DNA of 32,000 nt from Caldimicrobium thiodismutans (GTDB taxonomy: Bacteria > Desulfobacterota > Thermodesulfobacteria > Thermodesulfobacteriales > Thermodesulfobacteriaceae), in NCBI RefSeq assembly GCF_001548275.1, contig NZ_AP014945.1, positions 1,230,001 through 1,262,000 of the forward strand, written 5' to 3'. The first letter of the stretch is position 1; each line of letters starts with the position of its first letter. Of this stretch, positions 1-8,082 are shown piece by piece. The position numbers were made by a program, and so were the translations under genes. Under the pieces are notes generated by a model that did not search any database, was not told where the DNA came from, and saw nothing but the letters and a program-made list of their open reading frames with translations.

Positions 1-70
1 GAAAATGCACCAGGTCCTCACGATTCCATCTATCTCTTTGATTGCTTTATCCGTCTGATTGAAGGCCAGG

Positions 71-994
71 ATGGAAATTTATTCTCCTAAGGATTTCCCT
101 CTTCCCTTTGATACAGCCATAACCATTGGGGCCTTTGATGGCATTCATCTTGGCCATCGGGCTCTTTTTCAAGAAACCTTTAAAATTTCAGAATTAAAAG
201 GATTAGTTCCTTTAGTGGTCACCTTTAATCCCCATCCCAGAAAGGTTATTCAACCCCATCTTGAGCTAAAACTTCTTACTACCTTAGAGGAAAAACTTGA
301 ACTCCTTGAAAGGGAGGGTTTTTCAAGAGTTGTAGTCCTTCCCTTTACTAAGGCTTTGGCAGAAATTACTGCTGATCTTTTTGTAGAAAAATATCTTGTG
401 GACTATCTCAGGGCAAAAGCTGTGGTGATCGGGTTTAATTTTAGGTTTGGAAGGTCCCGGACAGGTGATACAGAGCTTCTCAAAAATTTAGGACAAAAAT
501 ATGGATTTCAGGTCACCGAGGTTCCCCCTGTAAAACTTGAAGATAAAACTATCTCAAGCACCCTTATCCGGGAAACCCTGAAAAAGGGCGAAGTAGAAAA
601 AGCCTCCAAAATGCTTGGCCGAAACTATACCCTAATCGGTAAGGTTATCTCCGGTAAGGGACGGGGGAAAAAGCTTGGCTTTCCCACCGCTAATCTACTT
701 ATTCCCTCAGAAAAACTCATTCCTGCCCAGGGAGTTTATGCAGTCTGGGTATATTTAGATTTTCAAAGATTCCCAGGAGCTCTAAATATCGGTTATAATC
801 CAACTTTTGATGAAAAAGAACTCTCCATAGAAGTCCATATCTTAGACCTCAATGGAGATATGGACCTCTACAACCAGGCTTTAAAAGTTGAATTTGTCAA
901 ATTTATAAGGGGTGAAAAAAAATTCTCCTCTATTGAGGAGCTTATTCAACAAATATCTCAAGATTGCCAGCTTATCCGTAAAGTGTTAATCTAA
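71..994 (+). CDS. ribF: bifunctional riboflavin kinase / FMN adenylyltransferase
   Basis: The N-terminal motif 'TIGAFDGIHLGHRAL' (nucleotidyltransferase) and the C-terminal riboflavin kinase region 'GKGRGKKLGFPTANL' are both present. The track ORF starts at TTG 59, but ATG 71 has a GAAGG 6 nt upstream, so I prefer it. Confidence 0.9.
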   Translation: MEIYSPKDFPLPFDTAITIGAFDGIHLGHRALFQETFKISELKGLVPLVVTFNPHPRKVIQPHLELKLLTTLEEKLELLEREGFSRVVVLPFTKALAEITADLFVEKYLVDYLRAKAVVIGFNFRFGRSRTGDTELLKNLGQKYGFQVTEVPPVKLEDKTISSTLIRETLKKGEVEKASKMLGRNYTLIGKVISGKGRGKKLGFPTANLLIPSEKLIPAQGVYAVWVYLDFQRFPGALNIGYNPTFDEKELSIEVHILDLNGDMDLYNQALKVEFVKFIRGEKKFSSIEELIQQISQDCQLIRKVLI

Positions 995-1224
995 GCCTTT
1001 TTAGCTTTTTTTAACTCATTTACGAAGGCATCATAAATATTAACTTTTTTTCCGATTTTCTTAGGAATATCAATTCCTCTCTTTCTCAATTCATTAACGA
1101 TTTTGTTCACCTGAAATTTACTAATACCCAGCTTTTCAGCTATTTGAGTTGCACTCATCAAAGCATAATTCTCATAAACAAATCTAACATCTTCCAAAGT
1201 AACAGGCCTACTTCTCTTTCTCAT
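991..1224 (-). CDS. small helix-turn-helix DNA-binding protein (hypothetical, 77 aa)
   Basis: 'MSATQIAEKLGISKFQVNKIVNELRK' reads as a classic HTH and the C-terminus is basic. I moved the start to the internal ATG (MRKRSRP), which has GGAGGT 7 nt upstream; the track ORF runs to 1257. The 3' end overlaps ribF convergently by 4 nt. Confidence 0.6.
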   Translation of the reverse strand: MRKRSRPVTLEDVRFVYENYALMSATQIAEKLGISKFQVNKIVNELRKRGIDIPKKIGKKVNIYDAFVNELKKAKKA

Positions 1225-1274
1225 TGTCGCACCTCCTAACTTTTGGTTTTTTATCAAATTATATATCAGATTTA

Positions 1275-2033
1275 TTAAATGTCAATAGATATCTTCTGAG
1301 AATTTAAAGAGGTTAAACCAGAATATGAAGTCAGATCATATTGGATGGGTGTAATAGTGATAAATCCCTGTTTTAGAGCTACCACATCTGTTTCTTCATC
1401 TGTTTCTGTATGCTCCTCCGCTCCTTGCCAATAATATATTTTACCGTGAAGATCCAATCTTTTTTCAAAAAATTCCCTTAACTTAGCAGTAGACTGTCTT
1501 ACAAATTTTACCCCTTTTATTTGATGTGGATTTAAATGAGGGATATTTACATTTAGACAAAATGGTCTTAGTAAAGAAAGATTATTTAACTTTTTGACCA
1601 ATTTTCCAAGGAAATAGGCAGTAAAGCAATAATCAATATTTTCATAAGCATCAATGGATACCGCTATACCATTATAACCAAGAATTTTAGCCTCAGTTGC
1701 CGCTGAAACTGTCCCTGAATAAAGCACATTTATACCCACATTAGCACCCCGATTGATTCCTGAGATGACAAGGTCAACAGGCCCAATTAATTCATAGATG
1801 GCAAGTTTGACACAGTCTGCAGGAGTTCCTGAGACCGCATATCCCCAAAAGTATTTTCCTCTTCTTACTTCTCTTACCCTTAAGGGATAATGAATGGTTA
1901 TAGCATGCCCTACAGCACTTCTCTCTACTTCTGGAGCTACAATATAAACCTCATGCTCTTCACTTAAGGTAAAATAAAGGCCACAAAGGCCATCTGCATA
2001 AATTCCATCATCATTTGTAAGAAGTATCTTCAT
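1275..2033 (-). CDS. surE: 5'/3'-nucleotidase SurE
   Basis: 'MKILLTNDDGIYADGL' is the SurE signature N-terminus, followed by 'GINRGANVG'. The length of 252 aa is typical. Confidence 0.92.
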   Translation of the reverse strand: MKILLTNDDGIYADGLCGLYFTLSEEHEVYIVAPEVERSAVGHAITIHYPLRVREVRRGKYFWGYAVSGTPADCVKLAIYELIGPVDLVISGINRGANVGINVLYSGTVSAATEAKILGYNGIAVSIDAYENIDYCFTAYFLGKLVKKLNNLSLLRPFCLNVNIPHLNPHQIKGVKFVRQSTAKLREFFEKRLDLHGKIYYWQGAEEHTETDEETDVVALKQGFITITPIQYDLTSYSGLTSLNSQKISIDI

Positions 2034-2035
2034 AT

Positions 2036-2188
2036 TTAAAAATCTTTAAACCGGGACTTAAAATGTAGTAGACACTGTTTCCTAAATTGACAATACTCCT
2101 TTGGATGCTTACAACCAATCTCAACAAGCACCCATTCTTTGTATTTTTCGCAATACAGTTTTTCCTCTTGTTTTTCTTTCTTTTCCAT
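2036..2188 (-). CDS. unannotated 50-aa four-cysteine small protein (hypothetical)
   Basis: Hand translation gives MEKKEKQEEKLYCEKYKEWVLVEIGCKHPKEYCQFRKQCLLHFKSRFKDF*. The ATG lies 2 nt after the argJ stop with CAGGAG 6 nt upstream, and the TAA lies 2 nt before the surE ATG. The ORF therefore fills the 157-nt gap exactly. It is below the ORF-track size cutoff. Confidence 0.5.
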   Translation of the reverse strand: MEKKEKQEEKLYCEKYKEWVLVEIGCKHPKEYCQFRKQCLLHFKSRFKDF

Positions 2189-2190
2189 CT

Positions 2191-3339
2191 TTAACTCCTG
2201 TAACTGGCATTTATTTTTATATATTCCTCAGTAAGATCACAGGTCAAGAGCCAGTAACTCTGTTTCCCCTGCTTAAGTTTGATAGATAGCTCAACCTCCC
2301 CTTTAAAAAGTTCTTTTTTAAGAACCTCCTCATCATTCTGCAGGGTCAACTCTTTGATCCAGGGAAGACCATTTAAAAAAAGTTCTACCTCTTCGGGTTG
2401 AAAGGGAAGCCCTGTTTTTCCAAGGGCAGAAAAGATCCTCCCCCAATTAAGGTCCTCTCCATAAAAAGCGGTCTTAACAAGAGGTGACTCTGCCACAGCT
2501 CTTGCTAAAAGCTCAGCCTCCTCCTTGGTTCTTGTGCCCTTTACCACTACCTTTATCACCTTTGATGCCCCCTCTCCATCCTTAACTATCATGTAAGCGA
2601 GATCCTGTAAAACCTCTGTAAAGGCATGCGAAAATTCTTTCCAGTCTTCTATATGCTTTTTTCTGCTTGCAAGTGCATAAACTGTATCATTGGTGCTCAT
2701 ATCCCCATCAACAGTTATTCTGTTAAAACTCTCTTCCACACCCTTTTGAAGAAGTCTTTTCAAGTCCTCCTTTGAAAGGATGCCATCTGTTAAAATAAAA
2801 GCCAGCATAGTAGCCATATTTGGTGCAATCATACCTGCTCCTTTGGCTATACCCAGAATTGAAATTCCCTCCTTCGTCTTGCGGGAAGACAGTTTTGGGA
2901 AGGTGTCTGTGGTCATAATAGCATGAGCAAAGGCAAGATAATGGGATGGAGAAAGGTTATTTATAAGTTCAGGAAGTCTCGGCAAGATTCTTTCAAGAGG
3001 GAGTTGCTCCCCTATAACACCTGTTGAAGCAGGTAGAATCTCTTCCTTTCGTAAGGAAAGGATCTGGGAGAGCGCTCCTAAAAGTTCCTCTGCCCTTTTT
3101 ATGCCTTCTATTCCCGTTGCTGCATTAGCAACACCACTATTAACTAAAATAGCCCTTGTGACTGGATTTTTGATATGACCCTTTCCCAGGATAACCGGAG
3201 CTGCCTTTACAGTGTTCTTTGTAAATACTCCCCAGGATATACCTTTATCTTGGCAAAAGATTAACCCAAGATCAAGACGATCCTTTTTTCTAATTCCAGA
3301 AGCTACTGCAGAAAACATAAATCCCTCGGGAATATACAT
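2191..3339 (-). CDS. argJ: bifunctional ornithine acetyltransferase / N-acetylglutamate synthase ArgJ
   Basis: The self-cleavage motif 'PNMATMLAFILTDG' is present, the C-terminus 'INASYRS' is typical, and an AGGAGG RBS precedes the start. Confidence 0.92.
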   Translation of the reverse strand: MYIPEGFMFSAVASGIRKKDRLDLGLIFCQDKGISWGVFTKNTVKAAPVILGKGHIKNPVTRAILVNSGVANAATGIEGIKRAEELLGALSQILSLRKEEILPASTGVIGEQLPLERILPRLPELINNLSPSHYLAFAHAIMTTDTFPKLSSRKTKEGISILGIAKGAGMIAPNMATMLAFILTDGILSKEDLKRLLQKGVEESFNRITVDGDMSTNDTVYALASRKKHIEDWKEFSHAFTEVLQDLAYMIVKDGEGASKVIKVVVKGTRTKEEAELLARAVAESPLVKTAFYGEDLNWGRIFSALGKTGLPFQPEEVELFLNGLPWIKELTLQNDEEVLKKELFKGEVELSIKLKQGKQSYWLLTCDLTEEYIKINASYRS

Positions 3340-3351
3340 CTTTTACTCCTC

Positions 3352-4110
3352 CTACGAATGGGGTTTAATAAGTAAAAGAAGGGCTGATATTAATAAAAAT
3401 ACATTTACAAGGTAATAATATACCCGATTACTCAACTTTCCATAAAGTTTTTGCCCAAAAAGCATACCTAAAAGTATTACAGGTAGATTTAGTATGTAAA
3501 TTTTCAAGAGTTCAACGGTCAAATTTCCGGTCAAATAATGATTTATAGCAGCATTAAAGGCAGAAAAGGCAAAAATAAGCTGTAAAGTAGCCTTAAATAG
3601 GTTTTTATCAAAGCGCAAAAGGGTAAGATACATAACAATGGGAGGCCCTGGAGTATTTAATATACCAGCTAAGAATCCAACTAAAAGGGCAATCAAAAGG
3701 GCCTTAGGTCTTTTGAAAACCTCAGGGTCAATATTGTCAGTAAATTTGAGATGTTGATGATATTTAAGCTGATAAATCTCCCAAAGAAAAAATATAAAAA
3801 TGGCTAAAAATAAAAGAATTCTTAGGCTATATTCGGAGGAAAGAGTAAAGCCTCTAACCCCAAGAAAAACCCCAAGTATTATTACTCCAAAAAATCTCAA
3901 GGGAATTTTAAGAATCCTTTTTTCCTGCAGGACAAATAACATAATTACATTTATGGTAAAAGAAAAAAGAGATAGAAGGGGAACCCCAAATTTTACTCCT
4001 TTTAAAAGGGCTATCAAAGGAAGGGCCATCAAAGCAAAGGCAAAGCCCACAAGTCCATGAACCAGGGCAGAAAGGAAAAAGATAAGGCTTAACAAAAGCG
4101 TCTCAGACAT
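3352..4110 (-). CDS. TSUP family (TauE/SafE-like) anion exporter permease
   Basis: A polytopic membrane protein of 252 aa. The 'VHGLVGFAFALMALPLI' start and the second-half repeat 'GFLAGILNTPGPPIVMY' match the duplicated 4-TM TauE architecture. Confidence 0.75.
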   Translation of the reverse strand: MSETLLLSLIFFLSALVHGLVGFAFALMALPLIALLKGVKFGVPLLSLFSFTINVIMLFVLQEKRILKIPLRFFGVIILGVFLGVRGFTLSSEYSLRILLFLAIFIFFLWEIYQLKYHQHLKFTDNIDPEVFKRPKALLIALLVGFLAGILNTPGPPIVMYLTLLRFDKNLFKATLQLIFAFSAFNAAINHYLTGNLTVELLKIYILNLPVILLGMLFGQKLYGKLSNRVYYYLVNVFLLISALLLLIKPHS

Positions 4111-4114
4111 TACT

Positions 4115-5089
4115 TCAGGAAGACTGAAGCTCCTTGTGGGTAGAAATTATTTCTGAGAGGGTGAAAAAGGATTTAAGCTCATAGCCTCTTTCTTTTAAGG
4201 CCTCTTTGCCCCCTTCCTCTCTATCAACCAGGGCAATAACGCTGATAATGTTCAAATCTTCTTTCTCACAGGCCTCTATAGCCTTTAATAGGGAACCCCC
4301 TGTAGTTACCACATCTTCAACTAAAGCAATTTTCATACCTTTGCAGAAATTGCCCTCGAGCTGTTTCCCTGTTCCATATTTTTTGGGTTCTTTGCGAATT
4401 AAAATGCCTTCAAGAGCTCTCTCTTCAGAAAGAGCCGCTGACAAAATTCCACAAACAATGGGATCAGCCCCCATACTCATTCCTGCAACGCCTTCAATAT
4501 CCGTATATCTCAACTCCTCCCAGAAAAGCTCTCCTATGAGCTGGTATGAGGGACCATAAAGGGTTATTTTCCGACAGTCAAGGTAATAGGGACTCTCTTT
4601 ACCACTGGAAAGTTTAAAGGGTTTTTCAGGACTATAAAGTAAAGCCCTTTCAAGTAAATAGGGCATAATCTCATTTTTTAAGAAAAAAACATTGAAGGCT
4701 TTGACAATTTGATGCGCTGTATCAAATTCTCCCAGGAATTTCTTTATCTCAAGTTCAGCTATTTCAGGGGAAGGGGCATTATAAATTATGTAATTTCTAA
4801 GATGCTGGAAAGATTCCTGAGGAATACTCATGAATTTAATGGCAAAACCTTTATCTTTATCAATTCGGACCACCCTTCCTTTCATAAAAACCTTAATGGG
4901 CGGATCGGCATCTTTAAGTAAAAAAATAAGATCCACTTCATCTTTTAATTCAGGGAAATTATCAGGATTTGCTATATAAAGCCCACCAAAACTCAGATCC
5001 TTTACAACTCCAGAAAAGATGCCCTTAGGACAGACAAATTCTACCTTTTCTTCAAAGGGCAAACGAAAAAATTTTCTTTTTTCGCGCAT
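4115..5089 (-). CDS. pyrE: PilZ domain - orotate phosphoribosyltransferase fusion protein
   Basis: The N-terminal ~100 aa carry PilZ signatures: 'RKFFR' (RxxxR) and 'DLSFGG' (D/NxSxxG). The C-terminal ~190 aa are PyrE-like, with 'KLSSGKESPYYLDCRKI' and the PRPP loop 'ALVEDVVTTGGSL'. No SD is visible before the ATG. Confidence 0.8.
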   Translation of the reverse strand: MREKRKFFRLPFEEKVEFVCPKGIFSGVVKDLSFGGLYIANPDNFPELKDEVDLIFLLKDADPPIKVFMKGRVVRIDKDKGFAIKFMSIPQESFQHLRNYIIYNAPSPEIAELEIKKFLGEFDTAHQIVKAFNVFFLKNEIMPYLLERALLYSPEKPFKLSSGKESPYYLDCRKITLYGPSYQLIGELFWEELRYTDIEGVAGMSMGADPIVCGILSAALSEERALEGILIRKEPKKYGTGKQLEGNFCKGMKIALVEDVVTTGGSLLKAIEACEKEDLNIISVIALVDREEGGKEALKERGYELKSFFTLSEIISTHKELQSS

Positions 5090-5245
5090 AGAGATAGTTT
5101 AATAGATTTTTTAAAAAAACCAACTTACTTGTATAGATCCTGCTCTTTTGAAACTTTGCCAAAATTTACACTTTATACTTGCTATTTCAAAGTTCTGCTT
5201 TAAATTAATCTTTAAGTAAAAATTTTTCAATAGCAGGAGGTGCCC

Positions 5246-5764
5246 ATGCTTAAAGAAGAAATGGAAAAAGCCCTTAATGAACAACTCAAATGGGAACTTT
5301 ATTCTGCTTATTTATACTTAGCCATGTCTGCCTATTTTGAGGATCAAGGATTGGAGGGATTTGCTCACTGGATGAAATCTCAGACCGCAGAGGAAATGAT
5401 GCATGCCATGAAGTTTTACAAGTTTATTGCAGAAAGAGATGGAAGGGTTGTCCTTGAAGAGATTCCCGCTCCACCTAAGGAATGGGAAAACTCTGAAGAT
5501 GTCTTTGATTTTGCTTATAAACATGAACAAGAGGTTACTGCAAGGATTAATAAACTTATGAGTTTAGCAAAAAGGCTTGAAGACTATGCTACAGAAAATT
5601 TCCTCCAATGGTTTGTAGAGGAACAAGTAGAGGAAGAGGCATCTTTTAAGTCCATACTTTCTAAGCTCAGGCTTATTAAAAATGACCCACAGGCCCTATT
5701 TTATTTGGATAAAGAGCTTGGCCAGAGGCCCATTGATCTTAATCTCCTTATGACTCAGGTCTAA
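5246..5764 (+). CDS. ftn: non-haem ferritin
   Basis: The ferroxidase-centre context 'ELYSAYLYLAMSAYF...EEMMHAMKFYKFI' is present. I prefer the ATG at 5246, which has GGAGG 5 nt upstream, to the GTG at 5240 used by the ORF track. Confidence 0.88.
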   Translation: MLKEEMEKALNEQLKWELYSAYLYLAMSAYFEDQGLEGFAHWMKSQTAEEMMHAMKFYKFIAERDGRVVLEEIPAPPKEWENSEDVFDFAYKHEQEVTARINKLMSLAKRLEDYATENFLQWFVEEQVEEEASFKSILSKLRLIKNDPQALFYLDKELGQRPIDLNLLMTQV

Positions 5765-5785
5765 ACTAAATATTATGAGGTATAT

Positions 5786-6541
5786 ATGGATATCCCTTTA
5801 AAAATTGGCAGATTTCAAAGGGAAAATCGCACCTTTTTTGGGATTCTCATCGGTGATAAAGTTCTGGATGTTTCTCAAGAGGAAAAGAGAGAGTATCCAT
5901 TAAAGGAAGTAAGACCTCTTGCCCCAACGGTTCCCAGTAAAATTATAGGAGTGGGTCTTAATTATAGAGATCACGCAGAAGAGCTAAAGATGCCGATACC
6001 CAAGGAACCTTTGATCTTTCTTAAACCTGTTTCAGCCCTTATTGGGCCTGAGGATTATATCCTTCTTCCCCCTGAGAGTGCTGAGGTCCATTATGAAGGA
6101 GAACTGGCTGTAGTTATAGGAAAGGAAATCTATCGGCCTACGAGTTATAAAGAGGCGGAATCCGCTATCCTTGGCTATACCTGTTTTAACGATATAACAG
6201 CTCGGGATTTGCAACGCAAAGATGGGCAGTGGACAAGGGCAAAGAGCTTTAACACCTTTGCCCCCCTCGGCCCCTTTATTACCAAAAATCTTGATCCTGA
6301 TGATCTTAATATTCAAACTCGTTTAAACGGAAAAATCGTCCAAAATTCTTCAACCCGAGAGCTTATTTTTAAACCCGCTGAGTTGGTCTACTTTATCTCA
6401 AATATTATGACCCTTCTTCCCGGAGATGTTATTGCAACGGGAACCCCTCCTGGGGTAGGAGCCCTTGGCTCTGGAGATACTGTTGAGGTTGAAATAAGTG
6501 GCATAGGTGTTTTAAGAAACTATGTGCAGGCTTTGATGTAA
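5786..6541 (+). CDS. fumarylacetoacetate hydrolase (FAH) family protein
   Basis: 'GVGLNYRDHAEE...YEGELAVVIGK...GYTCFNDITARDLQ...ATGTPPGVG' are canonical FAH-fold motifs. Confidence 0.85.
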   Translation: MDIPLKIGRFQRENRTFFGILIGDKVLDVSQEEKREYPLKEVRPLAPTVPSKIIGVGLNYRDHAEELKMPIPKEPLIFLKPVSALIGPEDYILLPPESAEVHYEGELAVVIGKEIYRPTSYKEAESAILGYTCFNDITARDLQRKDGQWTRAKSFNTFAPLGPFITKNLDPDDLNIQTRLNGKIVQNSSTRELIFKPAELVYFISNIMTLLPGDVIATGTPPGVGALGSGDTVEVEISGIGVLRNYVQALM

Positions 6542-6554
6542 AGGAGAGGTGCTC

Positions 6555-7016
6555 ATGCTTGAAGGTAAGGTAGTTGCCCTTTCAGTAAGTAAAGAAAAAG
6601 GAGTTCCTAAGGAAAATGTTGAAGAGGTCCGCATTATAGAGAACTTTGGGATTGAAGGAGATGCCCACGCTGGTCCATGGCATAGACAGGTGAGTTTCTT
6701 AGATATATCCACTCTTGAGTGGATGAAAACTTTGGTGGGAAGACCCCTTGCCTTCGGAGAGCTTGCTGAAAATGTGACTACCGATGTGGATCTAACCAGA
6801 GTTGAGGTAGGAGATCGGATTGAGGCTGGGACATGCCTCTTTGAGGTTACTCAGATCGGTAAAAAGTGTCACCATGGATGTGCTATTTTTCAAAGGGTGG
6901 GTAAATGCGAAATGCGTAATCGCGGGATCTTCACTAAGGTATTAAAGGGTGGAATCTTAAGAGTAGGGGATCCCTTAAAAATTATAAAAAGAGGGCCTCA
7001 AAATGGAAAAGAATAA
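6555..7016 (+). CDS. MOSC domain-containing protein
   Basis: 'VSKEKGVPKENVEEV...GIEGDAHAG' together with a late Cys ('KKCHHGCAIF') is typical of small MOSC proteins. I chose the ATG at 6555 after the AAGGAGAGG RBS. The 3' end overlaps the next gene by 14 nt. Confidence 0.8.
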   Translation: MLEGKVVALSVSKEKGVPKENVEEVRIIENFGIEGDAHAGPWHRQVSFLDISTLEWMKTLVGRPLAFGELAENVTTDVDLTRVEVGDRIEAGTCLFEVTQIGKKCHHGCAIFQRVGKCEMRNRGIFTKVLKGGILRVGDPLKIIKRGPQNGKE

Positions 7017-8082
7017 GTTTATACCCAAACTTATTGCCTGGGAACTTACCAGAACCTGCAATCTTGATTGCATCCATTGCCGAGCATCAGCCTCTCAAGG
7101 CACCTATGAGGGAGAATTGAGCACAGAGGAGGTCTTCCGTATCCTTGAGGAGATAACAGAAGTTGGAAATCCCGTTATGATTCTCACAGGAGGGGAACCT
7201 CTCTTAAGAAAGGACTTACTCGAGATTACTGAGAAGGCTACCTCTCTTGGCTTAAAACCGGTGCTTGCCACCAATGGAACCCTTTTAACCAGGGAGATAG
7301 CTCTTGAACTTAAAAGGGCTGGAATCTCAAGGGTAAGCATAAGTCTGGATGGGGCAGATTCATCTGCCCATGATAATTTTAGAAAAATGCCCGGGGCTTT
7401 TGAGGGAGCCTTAAGGGGGATTCAAATTTTAAAAGAAGCAGGCCTCCCCTTTCAGATAAATACGACAATTACCGCTGTAAATGCTGAAGAGCTCCCTAAG
7501 GTGCACGAGCTTGCTAAGAAGCTGGGAGCAGTAGCCCATCATATCTTTTTACTCGTGCCTGTTGGAAGGGGAAAGGAACTTACAGAGGAAGCTCTCACTC
7601 CGGAAAGATATGAAGCTTTGCTTAACTGGTTTTATGAACAAAGGGAAAAATCTCCTTTGCATCTTAAGGCAACCTGTGCCCCTCATTATTACCGTATCAT
7701 GAGGGAAAGAGCACGGGCAGAAGGCAAAGAAGTCACCTATGAGACCTTTGGTCTTGATGCAGTAACTCGCGGCTGTTTAGCTGGAGTAGGTTTTTGCTTT
7801 ATCTCTCATAGAGGGATTGTGCAGACCTGTGGATATTTAGAGGTCCCCTGTGGTGACTTAAGAAAAAACACCTTTAAAGAGGTCTGGGAAGGTTCTGAAG
7901 TCTTTAATAAACTCAGAGACTTTAGCCTCTACAAAGGCAAGTGCGGAAAATGTGAATACATCAGGGTCTGTGGAGGATGCCGGGCCAGAGCCTATGAATT
8001 AACAGGAGATTACTTAGAAGAAGAACCCCTCTGCACCTATCAGCCTAAGAAAGCCTCCCTATTAAATCAAAAACAAGTGTAG
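7003..8082 (+). CDS. radical SAM / SPASM-domain protein, NirJ/AhbC/AhbD-like (alternative haem pathway type)
   Basis: The CX3CX2C motif 'CNLDCIHC', then 'LTGGEPLL' and 'FQINTT', plus a C-terminal Cys-rich SPASM region 'CGKCEYIRVCGGCRARA'. The radical SAM call is firm; assignment to the AhbC/AhbD/NirJ subgroup is tentative. Confidence 0.7.
   Translation: MEKNKFIPKLIAWELTRTCNLDCIHCRASASQGTYEGELSTEEVFRILEEITEVGNPVMILTGGEPLLRKDLLEITEKATSLGLKPVLATNGTLLTREIALELKRAGISRVSISLDGADSSAHDNFRKMPGAFEGALRGIQILKEAGLPFQINTTITAVNAEELPKVHELAKKLGAVAHHIFLLVPVGRGKELTEEALTPERYEALLNWFYEQREKSPLHLKATCAPHYYRIMRERARAEGKEVTYETFGLDAVTRGCLAGVGFCFISHRGIVQTCGYLEVPCGDLRKNTFKEVWEGSEVFNKLRDFSLYKGKCGKCEYIRVCGGCRARAYELTGDYLEEEPLCTYQPKKASLLNQKQV

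Noticed and set aside
5090-5245. A possible Fur box or iron-responsive operator in the divergent region between the PilZ-pyrE gene and ferritin.
   Set aside because: I could not find a convincing match to the GATAATGATAATCATTATC-type palindrome, only generic A/T-rich sequence.
8045-8082. The 38-nt convergent overlap between the radical SAM gene and coaBC, considered as a possible frameshift or mis-assembly.
   Set aside because: Both proteins have complete, normal-looking C-termini. Convergent 3' overlaps are common in compact genomes.
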